A stretch of DNA of 41,561 nt from an uncultured Candidatus Saccharibacteria bacterium (GTDB lineage Bacteria > Patescibacteriota > JAQUNI01). Every line of letters begins with the position of its first letter. The first letter of the stretch is position 1. This document shows, in pieces, positions 8,101 through 16,805 of the stretch. The stretch is from positions 201,707 to 243,267 of the forward strand of contig CAZKRD010000002.1 in assembly GCA_964555185.1 (NCBI GenBank), written 5' to 3'. The notes under the pieces are model-generated. The model did no database searches, had not been told where the DNA came from, and saw only the letters and a list, made by a program, of their open reading frames with translations. The position numbers were made by a program, and so were the translations under genes.

Positions 8101-9391
8101 GAAATTTACTTTTAATCTTTGCTTCTAATCCCCTATCTGTCGGTTTATAGAATTTCATACCTTGCAGTTGATCGGGCAGGTGCTGCTGGGAAACTTGGGC
8201 ATCTGGAAAATTGTGGGCATAACGATAATTTTTGCCATAGCCTAAATTTTTCATCAGTTTTGTCGGCGCGTTGCGCAGCGCAAGAGGCACAGGCAGGCTT
8301 CCGGTTTCTTTAATTATTTTCCTCACTTGATTATAAGCTGTATAGAGAGAATTAGATTTGGGCGCGCAGGCAAGATGGACCGTCGCTTGGGCTAAGGCTA
8401 AGTTGCATTCAGGCATACCAATAAAGTGACAAGCTTCTTTAGCGGCGACAGCGATAAGCAGAGCATGGGGGTCGGCAATACCGACATCCTCTGAAGCAAA
8501 ACGAATTAGGCGGCGGACAATATAGAGCGGCTCTTCGCCCGCTTCCAGCATCCTCCCCAGCCAATAAAGCGAACCGTCAGGATCAGAATCGCGCAGGGAT
8601 TTATGAAGGGCTGAAATTAAATTGTAGTGTTCTTCACCGTCCTTATCATAAAGCAGGAGTTTTTGCTGCAAGGCGTTTTTAACGGTCTTCAAATTTATCT
8701 CTCTTACTCCCTTTTTGCGCAAAGTAGCCACTCGAAAACTTAACTCCAAAGTATTAAGCGCTATCCGGGCATCGCCTTTTGCTTCTTTCACAATATAGTC
8801 TAGGGCTTTAGGCATCAACTTTATCTTGTATTTACCCAGTCCTTTTTCTTTGTCTTTTAGTGCCTGCTCTAAAATAAATCTGATATTCTCGGAAGCGAGC
8901 GGCTTCAAGACATAAACCTGCGAGCGGGAAAGCAAAGGATTGATTACTTCAAAAGAAGGATTTTCAGTCGTTGCGCCAATTAAAGTAATCGTTCCGTCCT
9001 CAACGTGAGGGAGAAAAGCGTCTTGTTGGGCTTTGTTGAAACGATGGATCTCGTCAACAAAAAGAATCGTTTTTTGACCTCCGAAACTAAAATCCGCTTT
9101 TGCCTTTTTAACAATTATTCGCAAGTCTTTAATACTGCTGGTTACGGCGGGAAAAGGGATAAAATTAGCGCGCGTTTTACGGGCAATAATTTGAGCGAGC
9201 GTAGTCTTGCCTGATCCAGGCGGACCCCAAAGAATCACAGAACTTAATTTGTCCGCGATAATCGCGCGGCGCAGGGTTTTCCCGCGTCCTACGATTTCCT
9301 CTTGGCCGACAAAACCTCCCAGGTCTTCCGGCCGCATCCGGTCAGCTAAAGGCGCGGTTTTATTTTCTTTTTTGCTATTAAACAAATCCAT
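8096..9391 (-). CDS. rarA: Replication-associated recombination protein A (MgsA/RarA AAA+ ATPase)
   Basis: PLADRMRP, GPPGSGKTT, DEIHRFNKAQQD, GATTENP, SALHKS.R.SD, LRNAPT. Confidence 0.95.
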   Translation of the reverse strand: MDLFNSKKENKTAPLADRMRPEDLGGFVGQEEIVGRGKTLRRAIIADKLSSVILWGPPGSGKTTLAQIIARKTRANFIPFPAVTSSIKDLRIIVKKAKADFSFGGQKTILFVDEIHRFNKAQQDAFLPHVEDGTITLIGATTENPSFEVINPLLSRSQVYVLKPLASENIRFILEQALKDKEKGLGKYKIKLMPKALDYIVKEAKGDARIALNTLELSFRVATLRKKGVREINLKTVKNALQQKLLLYDKDGEEHYNLISALHKSLRDSDPDGSLYWLGRMLEAGEEPLYIVRRLIRFASEDVGIADPHALLIAVAAKEACHFIGMPECNLALAQATVHLACAPKSNSLYTAYNQVRKIIKETGSLPVPLALRNAPTKLMKNLGYGKNYRYAHNFPDAQVSQQHLPDQLQGMKFYKPTDRGLEAKIKSKFQ

Positions 9392-9490
9392 ATTGTGTGA
9401 TATAATGAAATATATACTAGTTATATTCTATGCCAAATTAAGATAATCAACAAGACTTTTTGCTAAAGATTGATAAATTAAAACAAAAGA

Positions 9491-9865
9491 ATGAAAACAG
9501 TAAAATTATTAGTCTTGATTTTTTGTCTGGTTGCGCTCGCCGGTTTTAGCTTTAATTGCAAGGAGCAGCCGCCTGAACCGCCAGTCGTAACGCCGCCAAC
9601 AGAGCCACCCACGACCCAAGGATTAACCTGTGAAGAAGCGATAGAGAAAGTTATGGCGCTAAATGAGGTTGCTGATTATTTCACCCGGGTGCCCCAAGCC
9701 AAAGTGAAATGTGACAGTCAAGAGGACGATGGCACTTGGCTGATGCAAGTCTATGAGATTGTGGAAGACGCTGGCGTGCCTCATACCGCCACCTTTGATT
9801 GGTATTATGTCTATTCAGACGGCACAATCCAGTCCTCTTTTCCTTTCGAGGACGTTGTAGAGTAA
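9491..9865 (+). CDS. Putative lipoprotein (acidic, Pro-rich linker)
   Basis: Basic N-terminus, hydrophobic core, AGFSFNC-KE, Pro/Thr linker. Confidence 0.75.
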   Translation: MKTVKLLVLIFCLVALAGFSFNCKEQPPEPPVVTPPTEPPTTQGLTCEEAIEKVMALNEVADYFTRVPQAKVKCDSQEDDGTWLMQVYEIVEDAGVPHTATFDWYYVYSDGTIQSSFPFEDVVE

Positions 9866-9892
9866 ACAAATTACAAAATTAAAACAAAAATT

Positions 9893-10435
9893 ATGTCTAA
9901 AAAGATTTTGCTTTTAGCACTAGTTATTGCCTGTTTTGTGGTGGTTGGCGCTAGTTGTAAAGAAAAACCGCCAACAACATCAGATCCAGAGCCCACTCCT
10001 TCTCCTGTCGCGAAAACAAGATGTGAAAATCTGTTGGGTAACGTAATTGTGCCTTTGGAGGATATGCAGACTTTTGAAGACGAAGAATACACCGCAGTAA
10101 CAATCACAGAGCGCGCTGCATGGGATCAAGAAAGCCTGCCAGAGGAGGTTTTGGATCTTGAAACCAAAGGTTACAATTGTTATCCTCTTCCTCTGGAATT
10201 TGAAGAGAGTGAGGAAGTTCCAGGCATGAATATTGAACCGGAAGTTTCAAAAGTGCAATGGAACTGCGAGCTTCCATATTCTGAATACAATTATCTGGAA
10301 GGGCCTGATTTTGAAACTAAAAATAGCCTCGAAGAGGCGGGATTTACTTGCGAGGAGGAAGAATGCGTAAATGACCAAGGTGAAAGTTTTGTCTGGTTTT
10401 GTTTTAAGTTAAAATTAGTCGGTTCGAATATATAA
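9893..10435 (+). CDS. Putative lipoprotein (acidic, Cys-rich)
   Basis: Signal peptide ending VGASC-KE, Pro/Thr linker, six further Cys. Confidence 0.75.
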   Translation: MSKKILLLALVIACFVVVGASCKEKPPTTSDPEPTPSPVAKTRCENLLGNVIVPLEDMQTFEDEEYTAVTITERAAWDQESLPEEVLDLETKGYNCYPLPLEFEESEEVPGMNIEPEVSKVQWNCELPYSEYNYLEGPDFETKNSLEEAGFTCEEEECVNDQGESFVWFCFKLKLVGSNI

Positions 10436-11887
10436 ATCGTGATAGACAGACGACTTGTAGTAGTCAGCAACCCTCTCGTCTTCTAAATTTGAAATCTGTT
10501 TAATAGAAATGATTTGCGGCTTGTATTTTTCAATTGATTCGTAAATGTCATAGTGATAGGATTTAATTGCCCGGCTGTAGGTGGCAAGGCCGTGATCGGG
10601 TTTGGTCGAGAACCAAAAATAATCAATATCCCGGCGGAAAAGATTGAAAGTGATGTCTCCGTCATAAACAAAATCATCCTGATCGGCTTTGATTAAAACA
10701 TAATCAACTATATTTAACTGCCTTTCTTGCTCTAGATGGGCTTTTTTGATTTCCTGCAAAGAAAGAGCGGCAGAAAAAACCACGGATAGAACCAGCAACC
10801 CGATAAAAATGTTTGTTCTAAAAACGCGACCCAAATAATCAAGCGCAAAAGCGGCAACCACGGCCATTAGAGGCAGAGCCATCAGAAGGTATTGGGCATA
10901 AGGCACTGGCGTCAAAAAGATGTAGGCAAAGAGAGCTAAAGAAAGCACGGCGATTAACTGGGGTCCCCGGAAAACTGAAGATTTTGTGGGGTTTCTTTCT
11001 GACCCTTTTGTCTTTTTGATCACAAAAAATAGAAGAATCAAACCTAAAACATAAAAAATGCTTAAAAGACTACTTCCTTGATAAAGTGAAGCCAAGGTGT
11101 CCCAGGGCGCGAAACTATTTAGGAATTTACTGTTTAGGATCCAATTCAGGGATAAATACAAAGGGAAGGAGCTGGTCAGAACAAGATAGCCAAAATAGGG
11201 AGCTATTACTATTAAAAATACAAGGAAATAAAGAAAAAACCTTGTCCAGGAAATTTGCTTTTTGGCGGCAGCTATAATCAGGATCAGCCCAATAAAACAA
11301 ATCAGGAAAACGGCTTTTTGTAGAAAAAGAAAAGAGACCGCGAGAAAAATCGAACTTAAGATCAGGCTTCTCTTACGCTCATATTTAAAAAAGAGAAAAA
11401 GAAATAGAATGGCGAGGAGCGCAAATAAGCCCTGGATTACATCGGGCCTGACCTCTATCGCTTTAGCGATGAAGGTGGAACAGCTGGTCAGCAAAAGCAG
11501 ACTGATTAATCCTACTTTTTTATTAAAAATCGCGCTGGCCAGGTAATAGGTGGCAATTAAGATCGCTAAAAGCAAAAAGAAAGTTATGATTCTTAAAGCA
11601 GTAAGAGTTGCTGTCTGTTCGCCCATTACTTTCACAACCGGGGCAAGCAAGTAATAGAAGAAAGGGTGATGGTGCTGAAAAAAATCAATATAGATCTTCT
11701 CGCCTTTTGTTATTTTCCAAGCGGTATGGATCGCCTCAAATTCATCTTGGTCAAAATATCTCTCTAAAGAAACATAAAAAACAATCAGAATTAAGCAAGC
11801 AAATAAAAACCATAGAAACAGATTCCACGGCTTTGAGTGTTTTTGATTAAGACTGTTGTTTCTTTTCATGATATTTTTTCTCAACAT
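10415..11887 (-). CDS. GT-C fold glycosyltransferase (ArnT/PMT-like)
   Basis: Multi-TM; DQDEFE after TM1, [15 protein letters not shown]. Confidence 0.8.
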   Translation of the reverse strand: MLRKNIMKRNNSLNQKHSKPWNLFLWFLFACLILIVFYVSLERYFDQDEFEAIHTAWKITKGEKIYIDFFQHHHPFFYYLLAPVVKVMGEQTATLTALRIITFFLLLAILIATYYLASAIFNKKVGLISLLLLTSCSTFIAKAIEVRPDVIQGLFALLAILFLFLFFKYERKRSLILSSIFLAVSFLFLQKAVFLICFIGLILIIAAAKKQISWTRFFLYFLVFLIVIAPYFGYLVLTSSFPLYLSLNWILNSKFLNSFAPWDTLASLYQGSSLLSIFYVLGLILLFFVIKKTKGSERNPTKSSVFRGPQLIAVLSLALFAYIFLTPVPYAQYLLMALPLMAVVAAFALDYLGRVFRTNIFIGLLVLSVVFSAALSLQEIKKAHLEQERQLNIVDYVLIKADQDDFVYDGDITFNLFRRDIDYFWFSTKPDHGLATYSRAIKSYHYDIYESIEKYKPQIISIKQISNLEDERVADYYKSSVYHDLYIRTD

Positions 11888-13364
11888 TGATCGCCCAAAT
11901 ATTAGATTTATCCTGCCGACCCTTTAGAATATTGTCAACCGCGACCATCGCGGTCAGCATAGAATGGTCTTGATTGTTATATCGGTGCATCCCGTTGCGG
12001 CCGATTAAGAAAAGGTTTTTAAATTGATCTAAATATTTTTGCAGTTGATCGAAACGATCATAAGTGCCGAAGTAAGCGGGATAGGTTTTGGGCATCCGTA
12101 AAACAACCGCGTCTAAAACCCGGGACGGATCTTCAATGAATTTCATTCGGACAAGTTCTTCTGTCGCAAACCGGATCATCTCTTTATCTTTTTTCTGCCA
12201 CAACTCATCACCCTGATAGCAAAAATACTCCAGACCCAGCCAGATATTTTTGGAATTAGCGACAAGATAAGGGCTCCAGTTATTAAATATCTGGAGCCTG
12301 CCCATTTTAACACCCGGCTCTTGAACATAGATCCAGGTATCGCGGATTGGACTTCCATCTTTTTCTTTGATTTTCAAGTCAGAAAGCAAAAGTCCAACCG
12401 TAATAAAATCGCGGTAGATAAGGCCGCGGCTTATTTGCAGAATCTTTTTTGGTTTCCTTATCTGCAGTGCTTCGATCAGTTCCTGGACTGGCATACTGGA
12501 AAAGTAATAGTCGCCGCGCAGGGTGATCTCTTTCCCTTTTTCATTTTTTGCTCTTATCTTTTTTATTTTGTTTTCAGCAAGATAGATCCGATCAACAGAG
12601 AAGCCCATTATAATTTTTCCACCCTGCCTGCGAATTTCAGAAGCTGTCTGTTCCCATAATTGGCCAGGCCCCAGCTTGGGATATAAGAATTCTTCGATTA
12701 AAGAGGTCTCGGTGTCTTTTTGTTCAATTTTTACCTTCTTCTTTTTAAATATTTTTTTAAAATGGTGTCTGATTGCCTCAAAAACAGACAATCCTTTGAT
12801 TCTCTGCGCTCCCCAGGAAGCGGAAATTTGATCGCAGGGCATTCCCCAAACCTTTTCGGTATAGGACTTAAAAAATGTCTGGTATAATTCTCGGCCAAAA
12901 CGGTTAATAAAAAATTGCTCTAAATTTTTTTCCGGCTTAATTGGAAACAACATACTTTTTAGGTAGCTTAGACCGATCCGGACAGTTTTTTTAAAGCCTA
13001 ATTTTGAGAGCGTGTTTTTATTCAAGGTGATTGGGTAATTAAAAAACTTACCCAAGAAATAAATTCTGGATTTCCTTTTTCGCTTTAACATCACTGCGTC
13101 TTTTGTCTCTGCTTGGCTTTTGGACTCGGCAAGCGGCAAGATTTTAAGCCACCACTCCATTACCCGGTCGGATTTAGAAAAGAAACGATGACCCCCGAGG
13201 TCAATCCTGTTTCCTTTGTAATTCACGGTTCTGGCAATGCCGCCTAAGTGTTTGTTGCTTTTTTCAACCACAATCGGTTTGATTTTGGTCCTTTTCAGCA
13301 ACTCATAAGCAGCGGTTAAGCCGGCTGGCCCCGCGCCAATAATAATCGCTGTTTTTGTATCCAT
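11847..13364 (-). CDS. FAD-dependent oxidoreductase (UDP-galactopyranose mutase/amine oxidase-like)
   Basis: [52 protein letters not shown]. Confidence 0.85.
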   Translation of the reverse strand: MDTKTAIIIGAGPAGLTAAYELLKRTKIKPIVVEKSNKHLGGIARTVNYKGNRIDLGGHRFFSKSDRVMEWWLKILPLAESKSQAETKDAVMLKRKRKSRIYFLGKFFNYPITLNKNTLSKLGFKKTVRIGLSYLKSMLFPIKPEKNLEQFFINRFGRELYQTFFKSYTEKVWGMPCDQISASWGAQRIKGLSVFEAIRHHFKKIFKKKKVKIEQKDTETSLIEEFLYPKLGPGQLWEQTASEIRRQGGKIIMGFSVDRIYLAENKIKKIRAKNEKGKEITLRGDYYFSSMPVQELIEALQIRKPKKILQISRGLIYRDFITVGLLLSDLKIKEKDGSPIRDTWIYVQEPGVKMGRLQIFNNWSPYLVANSKNIWLGLEYFCYQGDELWQKKDKEMIRFATEELVRMKFIEDPSRVLDAVVLRMPKTYPAYFGTYDRFDQLQKYLDQFKNLFLIGRNGMHRYNNQDHSMLTAMVAVDNILKGRQDKSNIWAINVEKKYHEKKQQS

Positions 13365-13404
13365 ATTTATTTTGTTTTTTGCGGTTTTACGGGGTACTAT
13401 TTTC

Positions 13405-13437
13405 GGGGTCCCCGTAAAATCGAAGATTTTATGGGGT
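13405..13437. repeat. 33-bp REP-like hairpin
   Basis: CCCCGTAAAATC-GAA-GATTTTATGGGG; 29/33 identical to 10960-10992. Confidence 0.8.
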
Positions 13438-13443
13438 GATACT

Positions 13444-13596
13444 TTATTCCTCCCTTCCTAAATCGGATTGTTCTTCGGCTGGTTTGTGCTCTTCGCTTTC
13501 TTTGGTTTTCTTAGTTGCCTTTTTCACAATCAGCCAAACGATTAAAAGAATAACAATGATCCCGACAGCTCCCCAAATGACGTAGGTGATATTCAT
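13444..13596 (-). CDS. 50-aa single-pass membrane microprotein
   Basis: Not in the ORF track. [50 protein letters not shown]; 13 nt downstream of the DUF362 gene. Confidence 0.75.
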   Translation of the reverse strand: MNITYVIWGAVGIIVILLIVWLIVKKATKKTKESEEHKPAEEQSDLGREE

Positions 13597-13609
13597 TTTA
13601 TTATTTTAG

Positions 13610-14518
13610 TTAATTTAATTTCCATCTTTTTTGTAAAAAATAGGTTAAATGCGGTTTGAATTTACGGATATTATCCTGCCATTTTGTATTGCCTACGATC
13701 CTAATATCAGAAAGATCAAGGCTGCCCAATTTCAATTTTTTACAATAATGGAGATAACCAATGCCTTCTGGATCAAAGCCCATTATCCTGGCCATCAACC
13801 CGTCTGCTGCTAAAAAATCAAGCGATACTAAAGCCAAATTCATATTGACAATTTCACCGTTGGTCGGGCCATTGCCCTCCATGCTTTTAAAACCATCAAT
13901 CACAGAGAGGTGGGGGTGAATCACTTTTGCGAGGCGGGCAATACTTAGATTTAATGCTTTCGGGCCTTGATGAAAGTTTTCTTTGCCTGTTTTGTATTTT
14001 TCGGCAAGAGCGGCGATTACGATATTTTTTAAGCTTAAAGTGACAATTACTGAATCATGGGTTTTCGGTGGTCCGACAGAGATAATAAAATCACTATCTA
14101 AGAATGTTTTAAAGATATGCTGCTTTAAATCTTTTTTAAGGGTTTTGGAATATATTTTAACCGGGACAAGCCTGTCTTGGCTTAAGTCGCAAAGTTGAAT
14201 CTTATATTTTTTTGCAAGGCTTTTATAGCCGAAGTTATTAAAGGCCTTTACTGTATCATCAGAAGCGCAGTCTTCGCCAATAATAATTTTTGCCCCTTTA
14301 TTTTTAAGGGGAATAATAAAATCTAAGAGCGCGGCGAGAGCGTCAATGTGCGTAACCGCGGCTGCTTTTTTGGGCTTCGCCGTCACGAGATTGGGTTTTA
14401 CGAGGATTTTCTTTTTGCTTTTTATTTCCTTTCTGATTTCGGGCCCTAAAAGTTCCAGCGCGGATTTAATATTAGAATAACGGTCACTGCCTTTTATTAA
14501 ACTGACTTTTGATTTCAT
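13610..14518 (-). CDS. DUF362 domain protein
   Basis: ILVKPNLV, PKTH...VTLSLKN, VIDG..MEGNGP.NG, DFLAAD, MGFDP. Confidence 0.88.
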   Translation of the reverse strand: MKSKVSLIKGSDRYSNIKSALELLGPEIRKEIKSKKKILVKPNLVTAKPKKAAAVTHIDALAALLDFIIPLKNKGAKIIIGEDCASDDTVKAFNNFGYKSLAKKYKIQLCDLSQDRLVPVKIYSKTLKKDLKQHIFKTFLDSDFIISVGPPKTHDSVIVTLSLKNIVIAALAEKYKTGKENFHQGPKALNLSIARLAKVIHPHLSVIDGFKSMEGNGPTNGEIVNMNLALVSLDFLAADGLMARIMGFDPEGIGYLHYCKKLKLGSLDLSDIRIVGNTKWQDNIRKFKPHLTYFLQKRWKLN

Positions 14519-14530
14519 ATTAGATATGAA

Positions 14531-14605
14531 TGGAGCCAGCGATCGGACTTGAACCGATAACCTACGGTTTACGATACCGTTGCTCTACCATTGAGCTACG
14601 CTGGC
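14531..14605 (-). tRNA. tRNA-Thr (CGT), CCA encoded
   Basis: GCCAGCG/CGCTGGC acceptor stem, ACGGT-ATCGTAA-ACCGT anticodon arm, ATCGG-TTCAAGT-CCGAT T-arm. Confidence 0.95.
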
Positions 14606-14616
14606 GATTTTGGCGC

Positions 14617-14877
14617 CTAGTTAAGCCCCACGACATAATACCCGTATTTTTTAATCTCTTTTGGCTTATGGAATTTCAAGTCTTTTGTTTTTAAAAGATA
14701 GGTTACTTTTTTCCTAAGCGAGCGGCCAGTGTATTGTCGGGTTTTAGGGTCCCATTCTTTTAATAACAAAACATCGCCAACAGATAATTTGAAGTCGGCT
14801 AAACGGATTTCAAAATTTTTGCCACCTCGCTTTATCGCTTCAAAATATGCAGGCCAACTTTTTTTCTCAATAGTCAT
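14617..14877 (-). CDS. DUF3850/ASCH (PUA-like) domain protein
   Basis: Start moved to ATG 14877 because the longer ORF overlaps tRNA-Gly; KSWPAYFEAIKRGGKNFEIR.ADF..GDVLLLKEWD...YTGR. Confidence 0.85.
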   Translation of the reverse strand: MTIEKKSWPAYFEAIKRGGKNFEIRLADFKLSVGDVLLLKEWDPKTRQYTGRSLRKKVTYLLKTKDLKFHKPKEIKKYGYYVVGLN

Positions 14878-14949
14878 ATAGTCATATTGACGACTGAAAA
14901 TGTTACAAAACTGGACGATCGGTGAGTTTTGTAACGGATCATTTCGATG

Positions 14950-15020
14950 AGCGGGATACGGGAATTGAACCCGTGTTTTAACCTTGGGAAGGTTACGTTG
15001 AACCACTCAACTAATCCCGC
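14950..15020 (-). tRNA. tRNA-Gly (CCC), CCA not encoded
   Basis: GCGGGAT/ATCCCGC acceptor stem, TAACC-TTCCCAA-GGTTA, ACGGG-TTCAATT-CCCGT, U73. Confidence 0.93.
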
Positions 15021-15092
15021 AATACCAAAATCAAAAAAACAACCACGGTTTTCAATTGAATAAAATTGGCCTTTTTTTATTTATTTGCTTCC

Positions 15093-16151
15093 TTAAGACT
15101 CGGAGATGAATTTGAAAATTTTAAAGTTTTCTTTTTGTTCGGAAAGCCAATCATTAAACCACTGGTTGGGATCAACCGTCCGAATCAAAATGTGACGAGC
15201 GCGAATCTGTTCACCGCCCGTATCAAGCTGACCGCGATCCTCTAGTTTAATAATATGGTAACCATAGGGGGTTTCAACAAGATCGCTGACTTGACCCCGC
15301 TCTAAAGCAAAAGCGACATCTTCAAAGCTTGGAACCATCACCCCGCGTTCGAAAGTGCCTAAATCTCCGCCCTGATCGCGGGTGAAAGGGTCTTCGGAAT
15401 ATTCTCGGGCCAGCTCCTCAAAATCAGCGTCAGAGGCTTTAACTTTTTCTAAAACTTCCATTGCTTTTTTCTTGCTCTCGGCATTTTCCGCCTCCGTGTC
15501 AAAAACCACTTCTAAAAGTTTTTTCTGTTGCAGATAAGGGATAATCACTTTTTGCTTAAAGTCATTCATATCCCAGCCATACATCTCGGAAATCATTTTT
15601 TCGACCTCTTCCTGATTGCCGAAGGCGCTGGTTGCTAACTCGATTTCCGCTTCAATTTCTGCTCGGCTTAAACTGATTCCTTGCTCGCGCGCTAGATCGT
15701 CAATAATTTTATCCATAATCATTTTTTCCAATACCGCGCTTTTGATTTGGTTAAGCTGTTCCGCGCCTTCAGGTGTTCCCAAATCAACCCCTTCTTTTTC
15801 GTAATACTGCATTAAAGAATTGACATTTTTTTCCCAGTCTTTAATTGAAATAAACCGGAAAGCAAAAATTCCCTGCGGTTCTTTCCAGTTATACTCTTCA
15901 ATATTCGTAGCCGCGATTGGAAAAGGGAGATTATTAATTGCCGTCGCCGCGATTTTGCTGCCGATCCCTGTGCCGCGCTGCCAAGAGTATTTGTAAATCC
16001 CCAAACCCAAAACAGTAAGCGAACCCGCGATTAAAACTATGACCGCAAGAATTGTAATTAGAATTTTCATTCTTTTTTTGTTTTTGGGCTTGCTTTCTGG
16101 TTTTTTTGTTTCCTCTGTTGTTTTTTTGGTTGTAAGATTGTTATTGTCCAT
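15093..16151 (-). CDS. Parvulin-type PPIase foldase (PrsA/SurA-like)
   Basis: N-terminal TM; FEELAREYSED, GGDLG.F.RG.MV..FE..AF, ETPYGYHII, ARHILI. Confidence 0.9.
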   Translation of the reverse strand: MDNNNLTTKKTTEETKKPESKPKNKKRMKILITILAVIVLIAGSLTVLGLGIYKYSWQRGTGIGSKIAATAINNLPFPIAATNIEEYNWKEPQGIFAFRFISIKDWEKNVNSLMQYYEKEGVDLGTPEGAEQLNQIKSAVLEKMIMDKIIDDLAREQGISLSRAEIEAEIELATSAFGNQEEVEKMISEMYGWDMNDFKQKVIIPYLQQKKLLEVVFDTEAENAESKKKAMEVLEKVKASDADFEELAREYSEDPFTRDQGGDLGTFERGVMVPSFEDVAFALERGQVSDLVETPYGYHIIKLEDRGQLDTGGEQIRARHILIRTVDPNQWFNDWLSEQKENFKIFKFISES

Positions 16152-16198
16152 AGTTTGTGAATTTAACTAATAAGTGAACCCCGCAGGGTATAAATTTT

Positions 16199-16624
16199 TT
16201 AATAATGAGAAAAAAGGTGATGCCACCATTTCTTAGGATTGTCCCACTTGCTTGCGACAGGAGTTTTTTCTGGTTCCTGCTCGTCAACATTTCCTAAAAT
16301 ACTTTTTTCCGATTCCGGTAAGATCGGAATAGCGACCACGGTTTCACCCTCCCTTTTGAGATTTAATTTCTGACGCGCCATCTTCTCGCGAAAGCTATCA
16401 GTAGACAGATATCCAATTAGTTGGGACAGTTCCTTATTTTTACCTTCCGCTCCTTCAATTTCTTCTTTGATAGCTTGAATTTCTTTTTGAATTTGGTAGC
16501 GCTTGCGGATTGCTTTGCTTAGAGCGACTGAAATTACAACCAGCAAAATCAAACTTCCGATCAAAACTAGTTTGGAATTAAGGATTCTTTGAAACCAGGT
16601 TTTTTGCTTGTCCTGCGATCGCAT
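16199..16624 (-). CDS. Septum formation initiator family (FtsB/DivIC-like)
   Basis: TM plus coiled coil plus EKMARQKLNLKREGE. Confidence 0.85.
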   Translation of the reverse strand: MRSQDKQKTWFQRILNSKLVLIGSLILLVVISVALSKAIRKRYQIQKEIQAIKEEIEGAEGKNKELSQLIGYLSTDSFREKMARQKLNLKREGETVVAIPILPESEKSILGNVDEQEPEKTPVASKWDNPKKWWHHLFSHY

Positions 16625-16639
16625 AGAGAAGATTCCATT

Positions 16640-16741
16640 TTAAAATCTCAAATAAGGGAGAATATACAAAGCAAGCAGAGACAGGGTGATGATAATCACG
16701 ATAATGATCGCGGCGATCCTTTTTTTGCCTTTAATTAGCAT
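16640..16741 (-). CDS. 33-aa single-TM microprotein
   Basis: Not in the ORF track. MLIKGKKRIAAIIIVIIITLSLLALYILPYLRF; ends 15 nt upstream of the FtsB-like gene. Confidence 0.55.
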   Translation of the reverse strand: MLIKGKKRIAAIIIVIIITLSLLALYILPYLRF

Positions 16742-16805
16742 AAGAAGATTGAATCAAAGAGGATATCTATGTATCCTTAATTTTATAGTAAAATGCTTAT
16801 TTTGT

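Noticed and set aside
14878-15006. N-terminal 43 aa of ORF 14617..15006
   Set aside because: Overlaps tRNA-Gly; the recognisable domain starts at ATG 14877.
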